Origin: a candidate division FCPU426 bacterium
Lineage (GTDB): Bacteria > Oederibacteriota > PGYV01 > Palsa-1178
DNA: 64,000 nt
NCBI GenBank assembly: GCA_963840035.1
Contig: CAWIXE010000001.1
Span: 448,001-512,000, forward strand
Reading direction: 5' to 3'
This document shows, in pieces, positions 1-9,383 of the stretch (its first letter is position 1; the number at the start of each line of letters is the position of its first letter). Below the pieces are notes generated by a model that was not told where the DNA came from, searched no databases, and saw only the letters and a list, made by a program, of their open reading frames with translations. The position numbers and the translations under genes are program-made.

Positions 1-1944
1 GACTTTATCAAAGACGATAAAATAATTTTAAAATACAACCTGCCCGCGCTTTTCGCGGGGGAACTGGTCATAAGCAAGTTTGAGCTCATAGCCCCTTACT
101 GCGAAATAGTAAAGGAAGAAACGGGTAAGTTCAATTTTTCCGACATCATAGAGTTTCAGTCCAGGAAAAAGGAAGAGAAAACAATAAAAGAAGGGGCCTT
201 AAGCGCTCAGAAAAAAAACCCGGGTACAGCCGCAAAAAAGATACCATTCCTGAAAAACATAATTATTACATCGGTGAAAGTCAGCGGCGGAAAATTCGCT
301 TACGCGGACTACTCAAAGGAAAAGCCCGTCTATTCAAAACTTGAGGATTTTAATTTTGACATAGAGGATATTGTCTTAAGCGCCGTCAAACCCATATCCA
401 TGGAACTTTCCTGCGTTGCTTTCTACAACGAGTATAAACTGCCTGTATCTGCAAAGGCAAAGATAAAGGCGGACCTGATAAACAAGTCAGCTGACCTGTC
501 GCTGACAAGCTTCCTGTTGGGAGGGATATCATCCACGGGAACGGTTAAAATAACAAACTTTTCAGACGCGAAAGGCACCATGACATCTTCATCCACGCTG
601 AAAAAAATGATGGAGATACTTCCCGGGGAAATGACGGATAAGTTAAAGGATATTAACGCCGATATGGACGTGACCAACGAGGCAAATTTCTCATATATAT
701 CCGGAAAACTTAAATACGACGATACGCTGAGCATGGACAAAGGATCGGTTTTATATAAGGACAGGAAAGCGGCCGAGAATATAAAAGGCAAGATAAAAAT
801 TAACAGTGATTTTGACATGACCGGCGAGGCGTCATTGCTTCTGACCGGAAACGAAGTAAGCGTTAAGCTTTCAGGAAGCGACATCATGGATACGGACAGG
901 GGCAGGGTAAACGTGGACATATATTCCCCCAAGTTTGCCGTTGAGTATCTGGTCGCCATGTTTCCTAAAAAATCAACTTCCACGGCAAAGGCAGCCGCAA
1001 AATCAAAAAGCAAAACAGCCGCAAAAAAGAAGGAGATAAAATCTCCGGGGGTTTATATATCCCTGAAAGCTGATTCCATTTATTATAAGGATGTAACCGC
1101 GGGAAAGACCATATCAAGCATAAGGTTCAATAAAGGGAAATTATATTCTGAAACATCCATGTCGGCTTATGAAGGGCATCTGAACATCAACCTGATAGCT
1201 GACATAAATACCGAAGACTATTCTGTAGAGGCGCTGATTAATAAGGTTAAGATACACGAGTTTGTGGATGACGCCATAACAGTTATGCCCAGGAAAGACC
1301 CGAAAAAGAAGACCATACTTGACGATATGAAGGATAAGGTCTACGGCACCATGGATATGAAGGCCGGGTTTTCAGGAAGCACATTTAAAGATACTGCGCA
1401 TACCATGTCAGGTAAAGGCGGTTTTTCAGTTAAAAACGGAAGGCTGACCGCCGTGAAAATGGCTGAGAATATCGGCAAAGCCCTGAAAATAGACTCACTG
1501 CAGAAAGACATACCTTTTGAGCTCATGGCTGCTGATTTTGCCATGGCAGGCGGGAAAATATCCACGAATAATTTCAGGATATATAACGGGCCCAACGGCA
1601 TGGAAGGCGACATGAAAATAGAAGGCGCCGGTTATGAGACCGTGGACGATAAAATCGATTTCAGGATGAAAATAGACTTTAATCCCAGGGTGGCAAAGGA
1701 AATACTTGGATCAATAGGAGGCATGCTCTCCATAAAGGACACGCAGTTCGCCTGTAATAAAGATGGCTGGCTGCCTGTGGATGTCAGGGTTTACAATACC
1801 GTAAAAGAACAAAAATACGACTTAAGCCAGCCCAGGATGACGGATAACATAAAAAAGAATATGGTTAAAAAGGTTGAAGACCAGGGCAAAAAATACATAG
1901 AAGATAAGGCCAAAGACCTTATTAAAAATCTTTTCGGCAAATGA
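1..1944 (+). CDS. AsmA-family envelope protein, 5'-truncated by the window
   Basis: Frame 1 is open from base 1 (DFIKDDKIILKYNLPALFAGELVISKFELIAPYCEIVKEETGKFNFSDI), so the 274 start is internal. Beta-strand-rich body with an AsmA-like C-terminus (IPFELMAADFAMAGGKISTNNF). Confidence 0.7.
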   Translation, partial: DFIKDDKIILKYNLPALFAGELVISKFELIAPYCEIVKEETGKFNFSDIIEFQSRKKEEKTIKEGALSAQKKNPGTAAKKIPFLKNIIITSVKVSGGKFAYADYSKEKPVYSKLEDFNFDIEDIVLSAVKPISMELSCVAFYNEYKLPVSAKAKIKADLINKSADLSLTSFLLGGISSTGTVKITNFSDAKGTMTSSSTLKKMMEILPGEMTDKLKDINADMDVTNEANFSYISGKLKYDDTLSMDKGSVLYKDRKAAENIKGKIKINSDFDMTGEASLLLTGNEVSVKLSGSDIMDTDRGRVNVDIYSPKFAVEYLVAMFPKKSTSTAKAAAKSKSKTAAKKKEIKSPGVYISLKADSIYYKDVTAGKTISSIRFNKGKLYSETSMSAYEGHLNINLIADINTEDYSVEALINKVKIHEFVDDAITVMPRKDPKKKTILDDMKDKVYGTMDMKAGFSGSTFKDTAHTMSGKGGFSVKNGRLTAVKMAENIGKALKIDSLQKDIPFELMAADFAMAGGKISTNNFRIYNGPNGMEGDMKIEGAGYETVDDKIDFRMKIDFNPRVAKEILGSIGGMLSIKDTQFACNKDGWLPVDVRVYNTVKEQKYDLSQPRMTDNIKKNMVKKVEDQGKKYIEDKAKDLIKNLFGK

Positions 1945-2966
1945 AAAAAATACTTCTCATAACGCTGCTGCCGGTTTTCTTCATGGCAGGCTGCGCCACA
2001 AATCCCGTGAAAGTTTATAAGGACGCGGGAGAGGCGGACGTAATTTTAACCGGGGACATTATGCTCGGAAGGTCCATGGACCCTCTGACGGACAAGAACG
2101 GCGTTAACTACCCCTTTGACGATATAGCAAAATACTTAAAGCCCTATCCGGTGATATTCGGCAACCTTGAGGCTCCCTTCGTGGATGAAGAGAACATGCC
2201 GTCAGTTAAAAAATATAAAAAAAAGTCGATATACCTCTATGTTGACGACAGGATGGCCGACGGATTCCTTAACGCCGGGTTTAACGTATTGTCCCTTGCC
2301 AATAACCATATACTTGATTACGGGCAGGAAGGGCTTTTGCACACAATGCAGGTGCTGGAAAAGAAAAAAATATTATACGGGGGCATAGTCAAAGGAGACC
2401 TTGGAAAGCCGAATGAGCCTATAATCATTGAGAGCAATGGCGTAAGGATAGGCTTCCTGTGCTATTCAAGGGTGTCACACAAGGGATTCAAGGCAAGCCC
2501 GAAAAATTACGGCACTATCCCGGGAATGTATAAGGAAATAAAAAGGGATATGAAGAACGCAAGGCCAAAGGTTGACATACTCGCCGTTTACATGCACTGG
2601 GGGCTGGAAGGAAGGGAAGTACAGCCTAAGCAGGTGTCGCTTGCCAGGGGAATAATAGGGCTCGGCGCGGACGTGGTCTTCGGCTCGCATACGCATCTAT
2701 TCCAGGACATTGAGAAATATAAAGGGAAATACATTTTTTACGGGCTTGGGAATTTCATATTCGACATGAAGGCGGATATTTCAAGGTACAGCGGTTTCGT
2801 TACCCTGCATATTAAGGATAAAAAGATAAAGTCCGCGGAAGTAACCCCGCTATACCTGACGGATTTCAGGCCGGAGGTTATAACTGATAAGGCGGAGCTG
2901 GACAAGTTCTTCTCCGGGGTGAAGCTTAAAAACTTAAAGAAAGAGGAAATATACAAGGCGCAATAA
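1941..2966 (+). CDS. CapA-family metallophosphoesterase-like lipoprotein
   Basis: Lipobox MAGC; motifs TGDIMLGR, GNLE, SLANNHILDYG, HWG, GSHTH, YGLGNF. ATGA overlap with the upstream gene. Confidence 0.85.
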   Translation: MKKILLITLLPVFFMAGCATNPVKVYKDAGEADVILTGDIMLGRSMDPLTDKNGVNYPFDDIAKYLKPYPVIFGNLEAPFVDEENMPSVKKYKKKSIYLYVDDRMADGFLNAGFNVLSLANNHILDYGQEGLLHTMQVLEKKKILYGGIVKGDLGKPNEPIIIESNGVRIGFLCYSRVSHKGFKASPKNYGTIPGMYKEIKRDMKNARPKVDILAVYMHWGLEGREVQPKQVSLARGIIGLGADVVFGSHTHLFQDIEKYKGKYIFYGLGNFIFDMKADISRYSGFVTLHIKDKKIKSAEVTPLYLTDFRPEVITDKAELDKFFSGVKLKNLKKEEIYKAQ

Positions 2967-3008
2967 GGCAGGAAATATTAAGGCAAACCGGCTATAAACA
3001 ACATAAAT

Positions 3009-3033
3009 AAAAAAAGCGGGGCTTTCGCCCCGC
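3009..3033 (-). terminator. Intrinsic terminator of the tRNA gene
   Basis: Minus strand GCGGGGC-GAAA-GCCCCGC followed by a 7-U run, 10 nt downstream of the tRNA CCA end. Confidence 0.8.
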
Positions 3034-3042
3034 CTGATATTT

Positions 3043-3119
3043 TGGTGGGCCCTGATGGACTTGAACCATCGGCCAACAGATTATGAGTCTGCTGCTCTAA
3101 CCGACTGAGCTAAGGGCCC
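3043..3119 (-). tRNA. tRNA-Ile2 (CAU, lysidine type)
   Basis: 77-nt cloverleaf GGGCCCT TA GCTC..GAGC A GCAGA CT CAT AA TCTGT TGGCC GATGG TTCAAGT CCATC AGGGCCC ACCA with encoded CCA. Closely resembles E. coli ileX; G1-C72 pair and no GGG/CCC anticodon stem argue against fMet. Confidence 0.9.
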
Positions 3120-3140
3120 ACGCTATTTTGAATAGATACT

Positions 3141-3169
3141 ATTTTATTTTTTTTGCCTTCTAAAGTCAA
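3141..3169 (-). promoter_or_regulatory. Sigma70-type promoter for the tRNA
   Basis: Minus strand TTGACT-N17-TAAAAT, about 20 nt upstream of the tRNA 5' end. Confidence 0.65.
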
Positions 3170-3265
3170 GGGTTATTTAGGGGAATACATATTTGATGAA
3201 TATTCGGTATTTTATGATAATATGTATATAGCGCCGGTTAAAAGTATATATTTAAGGAGAAAACA

Positions 3266-3991
3266 ATGAAAAAAACAGCTTTAGCCCTTGCCATATTAAT
3301 GGTTTTTGCCGGATTTTTAGCGGCGAAATCAAAGCAGAGAGTTGAGGCTAACCCCGGGGACATATTAAAATACATCCACTGGCTCCATCATTCAAGTTTT
3401 AAAATTGAGGCTATGGGAAGGGTCATATACATCGATCCATACCAGGTTAAAGACACAACACCTGCTGATTATATTTTCATTACGCATGCCCATCCGGACC
3501 ACTTCTCAATTCCTGACATAAATAAACTTAAGAAAAAAGATACCCTGATAATATGCCCTAAAAAGGTGGCGGAAAAACTAAAAGGCTATAATGTAAAGGA
3601 AGTAAAGCCCGGGGATATTCTCTTAATGGCCGGGGTAAAAGCCGAGGCAGTTCCTGCATACAATAACTGGAAAATATTCCACCCGAAGGGCGACCTCAAC
3701 GTTGGATATGTGCTTACCATAAACGGTTGGAGGATTTACCACGCGGGCGATACGGACTTTATCCCTGAAATGAAGCAGCTGCAAAACCTGACCGTTGCCA
3801 TGGTGCCCATAGACGGAATTTTTGCCATGTCGGCAAAAGAAGCGGCTAAGGCCATAAATACGATGAAGCCCCTTTATGCCGTGCCCATGCATTACGGATT
3901 CAATAAACTTGTAAAAAAGGATGCCGCTGAAAAATTCAAGGCGCTGGTTGATAATGGCATTACAGTGGAGATATTAAAACAGGAAGAGTGA
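3266..3991 (+). CDS. Exported MBL-fold metallo-hydrolase (UlaG-like)
   Basis: Signal peptide; YIDPY, ITHAHPDHF, YHAGDT, VPMHY motifs; AAGGAG RBS. Confidence 0.9.
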   Translation: MKKTALALAILMVFAGFLAAKSKQRVEANPGDILKYIHWLHHSSFKIEAMGRVIYIDPYQVKDTTPADYIFITHAHPDHFSIPDINKLKKKDTLIICPKKVAEKLKGYNVKEVKPGDILLMAGVKAEAVPAYNNWKIFHPKGDLNVGYVLTINGWRIYHAGDTDFIPEMKQLQNLTVAMVPIDGIFAMSAKEAAKAINTMKPLYAVPMHYGFNKLVKKDAAEKFKALVDNGITVEILKQEE

Positions 3992-4061
3992 TGTGGTAAG
4001 AGGAAAGAAGAGACTGGAGACAAGAGACAGGAACCAGGTGGTATGTTTTTGTTCTGACTAT

Positions 4062-4094
4062 TGAGACCACTGAGACTTCTGAGATTATTGAGAC
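4062..4094 (+). repeat. 9-nt-period TGAGA(C/T) array, 4 units
   Basis: TGAGAC/T at 4062, 4071, 4080, 4089. Same family at 32112 and 44006. Confidence 0.85.
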
Positions 4095-4135
4095 TGCCTT
4101 TATGATTGAAGATCTTGAACCACCGGGGGTGTTGT

Positions 4136-4693
4136 ATGTTATCGCAGGAGCAAAAGAAGGAACTTTTAGTACTTGCCAGAACCACCATAGAAAACTATGT
4201 TGAAAAAGGGACTATGCCAAAATATATCCCGACAGACCCTGTGCTTAAGGAAAAATGCGGGGCGTTTGTGACCATACATAACAGCGGCCGGCTCAGGGGA
4301 TGCATAGGTATGATAGAGGGCAGGCAGCCGCTTACTGACACTATAATAGAAATGTCAATTGAAGCGTCAAACAATGACCCCAGGTTTGACCCGGTGGAAA
4401 AAGAGGAATTAAAGGAAATTGATATTGAGATATCAGTGCTCTTCCCTCCAAGGAAGATAGCCTCATATGAGGAAGTGGAGCTTGGAAAGCACGGCGTGAT
4501 AGTAAAAAGGGGGTTTGCCAGCGGCGTATTTCTGCCGCAGGTGGCCACAGAGACCGGCTGGTCTCTGGATGAATTCATGAGCAATCTCTGCGCAGGCAAA
4601 GCCGGCCTTCCGGCGGACAGCTATAAAGACCCGAAAACGGAAATATATGTTTTTGATGCGGAAGTGTTCAGCGAAAAAGAAATGCTAAAATAG
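4136..4693 (+). CDS. amrA: AmmeMemoRadiSam system protein A (AMMECR1 domain)
   Basis: GAFVT..LRGCIG, DPRF, IEISVL, GVFLPQVA motifs; ATG 4136 follows GGGGG. Confidence 0.9.
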   Translation: MLSQEQKKELLVLARTTIENYVEKGTMPKYIPTDPVLKEKCGAFVTIHNSGRLRGCIGMIEGRQPLTDTIIEMSIEASNNDPRFDPVEKEELKEIDIEISVLFPPRKIASYEEVELGKHGVIVKRGFASGVFLPQVATETGWSLDEFMSNLCAGKAGLPADSYKDPKTEIYVFDAEVFSEKEMLK

Positions 4694-4730
4694 CAAAGAT
4701 GAAAAATAATCAATCAACATTGTTCGGGGT

Positions 4731-4841
4731 TGTGCCAGCCACAGGACGATTTTCCTTATGGATTGCGCAGCACAGTCCGCCGAAGCTTTAGCGAAGACGG
4801 ATAGCGCAGGCCATAAGGAAAATCGTCCTGCAACTGGCACA
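4731..4841. repeat. Long palindromic element with a 31-bp insert (filled allele)
   Basis: TGTGCCAG..CAGGACGATTTTCCTTATGG pairs with CCATAAGGAAAATCGTCCTG..CTGGCACA. Core shared with 13560-13631. Confidence 0.85.
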
Positions 4842-4934
4842 TTGGGAATTAAACTTAACTTAAGGCACGGAGGGCGCACATAGCACGCGCCACCCACCAC
4901 GAATTTGATCGAACAAGGAAATTAAGGAGCATAT

Positions 4935-5690
4935 ATGGATTTCGCGCCAGCAGAATGGAAAGACACACATAAAGTCAAGGTTTATGAATCTGACAATTTA
5001 CAGAGGGGCGGGCTTGTCACGCTTTTTAATTATTTTCAGAACGCGGCGTGGGCGCATTACAATGAAGTGGATAAGGCGCGCGGTCCGTTTCTTACAGCCA
5101 CGCAGATATGGGCAATGACGCGCGCGGAAATACAGGTATACAGGCCTGCGAAGTGGCAGGAGGAAGTCACGGTTGAGACGTGGTCGCGCGGCATGGAAAA
5201 ACTCATGGCTTACAGGGATTTTATCATATGGGATTCAAACGGGAATAAAATCGCGGCAGGCACCGCGTCTTGGGTGGTACTTGACCTGGCAACGAAACGC
5301 ATAATCAGGTTAAATGATATTGCTTCAAAATGGCCGGCAAAAGCTGACGCTTTAAGCATAGGCAAGAACGCGGACAAAATCGAGTCGCCGCAGAACCCTG
5401 AAAAAGGCAGGCCTTTTACCGTCAATTACAGCGACATGGATTTAAACCAGCACGTAAACAGCGCCAGGTACATACAGTGGATGACAGACAGCCTGGGAAG
5501 GGATTTTCTTGAAAAGCATGATGCTGTTAAGTGCGAAGTAAATTATATAGACGAAGCCATGCCTGGCGAAGAAGTATGCATAGGAAAACAGCCGATAAAC
5601 AACGGGCTTGTATATAACCTGAACGTGGTCCGTATAAGCGACAACAAGGAAATGTGCAGGGCAAAAGTGGAGTTTAAGGCAAGGCAGTAA
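4935..5690 (+). CDS. Acyl-ACP thioesterase (double hotdog)
   Basis: YFQNAA, VETW, RDF, SWVVLD, DMDLNQHVNSARY motifs; AAGGAG RBS. Confidence 0.9.
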   Translation: MDFAPAEWKDTHKVKVYESDNLQRGGLVTLFNYFQNAAWAHYNEVDKARGPFLTATQIWAMTRAEIQVYRPAKWQEEVTVETWSRGMEKLMAYRDFIIWDSNGNKIAAGTASWVVLDLATKRIIRLNDIASKWPAKADALSIGKNADKIESPQNPEKGRPFTVNYSDMDLNQHVNSARYIQWMTDSLGRDFLEKHDAVKCEVNYIDEAMPGEEVCIGKQPINNGLVYNLNVVRISDNKEMCRAKVEFKARQ

Positions 5691-5694
5691 TTTT

Positions 5695-5727
5695 GTAGTC
5701 GCACCCTCTACGCTTCATCGGGGTGCG
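5695..5727 (+). repeat. GTAG-type REP-like palindrome
   Basis: GTAGT-CGCACCC...GGGTGCG directly after the stop codon. Confidence 0.55.
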
Positions 5728-5789
5728 TACGTGGTGGCTGTTATTTAATGGAAATTAATTTGGGTGTGGGTAAACCAGCAACTGTATAA

Positions 5790-5852
5790 CCCTCATCCTG
5801 ACCTTCTACCCCTCGAGGGGGTACTGAAAATAGCCCCTAAAAGGGGGAAGGA
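5790..5852 (+). repeat. CCCTCA-type palindromic repeat with about 27-bp internal insert
   Basis: CCCTCATCCTGACCTTCT[ACCCCTCGAGGGGGTACTGAAAATAGC]CCCTAAAAGGGGGAAGGA; related to the 10841-10941 and 47353-47465 copies. Confidence 0.65.
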
Positions 5853-5901
5853 GATGTTACCCCGATAAGCCCGGGGTTTTATTTATCATACGGGAGGGAA
5901 C

Positions 5902-6453
5902 ATGAAGAAAACTTTACTCGTGCTCGCGCTGCTGCTTTTCGTCCCTTTTATTTTTGGAGGAAAAATGGAGAGATTTACCGTCACAAGCAAGGCGTTTTCT
6001 AACGGAGGGGAGATACCATCAGAGTACACATGCGATAGCATAAACATTTCACCGGATATTTCATGGATTGGGGCCCCTAAAAACACAGTAAGTTTCCTGC
6101 TCATATGCGATGATCCGGACATACCTGTAAAGACTAAAGTTATGCAGGAGTGGGTACATTGGGTTATGTATAACATACCTGTTGATGTTAAATCTATAGC
6201 CAAATCCCAGGTAAAACTATCCGTACTGCCCTGGGGAGCCAGGCAGGGCAAGAATGATTCTAAATCCAGCGGTTACAGCGGGCCGTGCCCTCCCAACGGC
6301 GAGCACAGGTACTTTTTCAGGGTATACGCCCTTGATTGTATGCTTGATATAGACCCTTCCAAAGCCACCAAAAGGGCGGTCCTTGACATGGCCAAAGGGC
6401 ATATACTGGGAAGCGGCGAGCTAATGGGAAAATATAAAAGGAAGAAACAATAG
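5902..6453 (+). CDS. YbhB/YbcL (PEBP, Raf kinase inhibitor-like) protein
   Basis: YTCD..NISP, DDPD, WVHW..YNIP, YSGPCPP..HRYFFRVYALD. Confidence 0.95.
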   Translation: MKKTLLVLALLLFVPFIFGGKMERFTVTSKAFSNGGEIPSEYTCDSINISPDISWIGAPKNTVSFLLICDDPDIPVKTKVMQEWVHWVMYNIPVDVKSIAKSQVKLSVLPWGARQGKNDSKSSGYSGPCPPNGEHRYFFRVYALDCMLDIDPSKATKRAVLDMAKGHILGSGELMGKYKRKKQ

Positions 6454-6456
6454 AAA

Positions 6457-8295
6457 ATGGAGCAATTACTTTCAAATACCGGGGCTGCGTTTTTAAGCGG
6501 GTTATTTCTTTATATTATGACAGCCCTGGGAAGTTCCCTGTTTAAAGCGGTAAAATTTAATTTTGACGATGGCGCGGAAAACTTCATGTTTTCCTTCAGC
6601 GCGGGTGTAATTGTTTTTTCACTGCTAATTTTAGCCGCGGGCAAGCTTGGATTTTATACAAAACCCGTATTTTTAGGAATAACTTCAATTGTTGTCCTGC
6701 TCTCAATTCCGGGAATGAAAAAAGCAGCTTCAGCATTTAAATCGGCAATCACAGCAATAGGCTCGGTAAAGGGATGGCTTCTTATTATTTCCCTGATAAT
6801 TTTTTTACCCCGTTTCATATCCTCGGCTTTCGGCATGTTCCTTCCGCTTACCGGCTATGACACCATGGCATACCACTACGCGCTTCCGGCTATGTATCTT
6901 TCAAAAGGGCAGGTCTTCTGCGTTCCTTTTATGTACCATGCCAACTGGCCGCAGCACATGGAAATCATATTCGGCTGGGCCATGGGAGTATACAATGACA
7001 TATTCGCCAACGGCGTGTCGTACGCTTACACTCTGGCGCTGTTAGCCGCCGTATACGCTGTCGCGGCAAAAATTTCCGGGCCGGGCGCGGGCTTGCTTGC
7101 GGCGGCCCTGATGGGTTCTTTTTATGTCTTTAAGGTGGAGTCCTCAAACGGATATGTGGACATAGGTACAGCGTTTTTTGAGACAGCGGCCGTGTACGGC
7201 GCGTATATGTACTATAAAACCGGTGATAAGAAATTCATTTTCGCGTCAGCGGCATGCGCGGGCGGCGCTGCTTCGGTAAAAATTCTCGGGGTGTTTTCAG
7301 CAGTCTTCCTTCCGTTCTTTATAATTTTGTCAGGCGGCGGAAAAAAACTGCGTTTTAAGGAAGCAATCATATTCGCGTTAATGGCCGGGCTTATCGCCTC
7401 TCCGTGGTATATAAAAAGCTGGATAGACACGGGTAATCCGGTATGGCCGTTTGCCTATAAAATATTCGGCGGAAAATACTGGTCGCAGGAGCTTTCCGAC
7501 TTCAGGAGCGTGTATTACAGCGGCAAAGGCGGGGGGAAGGACCTGCTTGGGCTTCTGACACTTCCGTTTTCAATGGTGCTTTCAAAAAAGATAGACGGCT
7601 ACATGGGCAACAACATGATAGTTTTTTACCTGCTCCTGCCTTTTATTATTTATTCCGCCGCAGTCAAAAAAGAAAAGGCAAAGGGATTCTTCCTTATTTA
7701 CACGGCGGTCTTTACGATGTTCTGGTATTTCTCGGCTAAAATGGTAAGATTCTACCTGCCAGGGCTTGCGGTGATCGCTGCTTTAACCGCTGCAGAGGCT
7801 GTCAAGCTGATGGAAGGCAAAAACAGGGTATGGAAATACGCGGCGTTTGCCATGATGGTATTTTTGCTAACTTACGGTTTCCCGAGGGACCTTTCCAGGT
7901 TCATACTTTTCAGCGGAGCGGAAAAAAGGGACGCGTACCTGGATAAAAACCTGGACTGCTACAAACTTTATGAAAAAATAAACAAGGATTCGTCCATAGA
8001 CGGGAGGATAGTCCTCTTTAAGGAAGTAAGGGGTTATTACCTTAAAAAGGATTATATGTGGGGCGACCCGGTAAACCAGGGTTTGATCAGTTATAAATCC
8101 GCTGACGCCACGCTAAAGGACCTGAAAAACAACGGCGTTAAATATGTCCTATATAACAACAATAATTTCAATGTGGCGTATAATGATGACGGATATACGC
8201 CGCTTACTTTTTCCATAATGAAGGAAATCGCGGAAAAAAAGTGTGATTTGTTGTACTGCGAAAATCGGGTCTGCCTTTACAAAATAAGAAATTAA
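6457..8295 (+). CDS. Polytopic GT-C-like membrane glycosyltransferase (ArnT/PMT-like)
   Basis: Many TM segments; YDTMAYH, YVD, PWYIKSWIDTGNPVWPF, RFYLP; soluble C-terminal domain. Confidence 0.7.
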   Translation: MEQLLSNTGAAFLSGLFLYIMTALGSSLFKAVKFNFDDGAENFMFSFSAGVIVFSLLILAAGKLGFYTKPVFLGITSIVVLLSIPGMKKAASAFKSAITAIGSVKGWLLIISLIIFLPRFISSAFGMFLPLTGYDTMAYHYALPAMYLSKGQVFCVPFMYHANWPQHMEIIFGWAMGVYNDIFANGVSYAYTLALLAAVYAVAAKISGPGAGLLAAALMGSFYVFKVESSNGYVDIGTAFFETAAVYGAYMYYKTGDKKFIFASAACAGGAASVKILGVFSAVFLPFFIILSGGGKKLRFKEAIIFALMAGLIASPWYIKSWIDTGNPVWPFAYKIFGGKYWSQELSDFRSVYYSGKGGGKDLLGLLTLPFSMVLSKKIDGYMGNNMIVFYLLLPFIIYSAAVKKEKAKGFFLIYTAVFTMFWYFSAKMVRFYLPGLAVIAALTAAEAVKLMEGKNRVWKYAAFAMMVFLLTYGFPRDLSRFILFSGAEKRDAYLDKNLDCYKLYEKINKDSSIDGRIVLFKEVRGYYLKKDYMWGDPVNQGLISYKSADATLKDLKNNGVKYVLYNNNNFNVAYNDDGYTPLTFSIMKEIAEKKCDLLYCENRVCLYKIRN

Positions 8296-8305
8296 TAAGG
8301 TATTT

Positions 8306-8383
8306 GTAGAGACGCAGCTTGCCGCGTCTCAGACGGCGGCTGTTAAGAAGTTAAATGCGAGACACAGCAAGCTGTGTCTCTAC
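8306..8383. repeat. Inverted GTAG-REP doublet (REPIN-like)
   Basis: GTAGAGACGCAGCTTGCCGCGTCTC (8306-8330) and inverted GAGACACAGCAAGCTGTGTCTCTAC (8359-8383). Confidence 0.85.
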
Positions 8384-8416
8384 AAAAAAAGTTAGTTGTA
8401 TATAAGGTGGCTATAA

Positions 8417-9217
8417 ATGGATGTTAAAAAAATTACTGACATGCAGACAATTAAGGAATTCCTTTTTAAAGACCCGTACCTCCACCTTTATGAGATAGGC
8501 AACCTGCAGGAAAAGCTTTTTCACCATATCACGTGGCACGCGGCAGTGGATGCGGGGGTAATTAAGGCGGTTTCAATGCTGTACATCTCTGAAAAACACA
8601 GCCAGCCGATATTTTTTCTCCTTGAGAACACCGACATGAAAGCTGCCGCTGCCATCATAGAGGCGGTCAAAGAAGAACTGCCGGATAATTTCTACGCGCA
8701 TATTTCAAAGTCTTTAAGCGCCGGGCTAAAGGACAAATATGAAACATCGCAGCCGCACATGTATGACAAGATGAAGTTAACCGGAGATATCCTGCTGGAT
8801 AAAAACATAATTTATCCCGAACACACCTTCAGGATTAACGCCAATGATTTTGAAACGGTAAATGAGCTGCTGCGCGGCGTAAATCCTTCCGCGTTTTTTG
8901 TCCCGGCCATGTTAAAGACGGGAAAATATTTCTGCGTGAGGAAGAACGCCGAGCTCATGTCCATGGCAGGGGTACATTTTTATTCCACAGACCTCGGGAT
9001 TGCCGCCATAGGCAACGTCATGACCCTGCCCCAACACAGGGGAAAAGGATATGCCGCGTCAGTCACGGCAAGCCTGTGCAGGGATTTGTGGAAGGAAGTC
9101 AAATACATAGGCTTAAACGTGCGTTCTGACAACACAACCGCTATAAAGGTTTATACCAGGATGGGGTTTCAGTACCACTCAACGCACGAGGAGATAACGG
9201 CTGTTAAGAAGGCATAA
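8417..9217 (+). CDS. GNAT-family N-acetyltransferase
   Basis: IGNVMTLPQHRGKGYA acetyl-CoA motif; LNV..DN..AIKVYTRMGF. Confidence 0.9.
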   Translation: MDVKKITDMQTIKEFLFKDPYLHLYEIGNLQEKLFHHITWHAAVDAGVIKAVSMLYISEKHSQPIFFLLENTDMKAAAAIIEAVKEELPDNFYAHISKSLSAGLKDKYETSQPHMYDKMKLTGDILLDKNIIYPEHTFRINANDFETVNELLRGVNPSAFFVPAMLKTGKYFCVRKNAELMSMAGVHFYSTDLGIAAIGNVMTLPQHRGKGYAASVTASLCRDLWKEVKYIGLNVRSDNTTAIKVYTRMGFQYHSTHEEITAVKKA

Positions 9218-9244
9218 TTACAAATTACGAATGACTAATAAAGG

Positions 9245-9279
9245 AAAAGGACGGGTGCTGTGAGGCATCCGTCCTTTTT
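9245..9279. terminator. Bidirectional intrinsic terminator
   Basis: AAAAGGACGGGTGC-TGTGAG-GCATCCGTCCTTTTT between convergent GNAT and lepB. Confidence 0.8.
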
Positions 9280-9293
9280 GCTTTGTTAGTGCC

Positions 9294-9363
9294 GGGCGAG
9301 CCACCGGCTCGCCCCTACGAAGGCATTGTCCTGTTTTCGTAGGGGTGAGCCGGTGGCTCACCC
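9294..9363. repeat. GTAG-REP doublet (GTAGGGGYGAGCCGGTGGCTCRCCC)
   Basis: Copies at 9294-9318 (-) and 9339-9363 (+) with a compensatory C-G to T-A change. Same REP at 15075 and 45799. Confidence 0.9.
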
Positions 9364-9383
9364 GGTAGTTGTATTAGAAATTA

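Noticed and set aside
1941..2966. Poly-gamma-glutamate capsule locus
   Set aside because: Only a CapA-like gene; no capB/capC in the window, and lone CapA-domain proteins are widespread.
3000..3130. Integrative element at the tRNA
   Set aside because: No integrase and no duplicated tRNA 3' end seen in the window.
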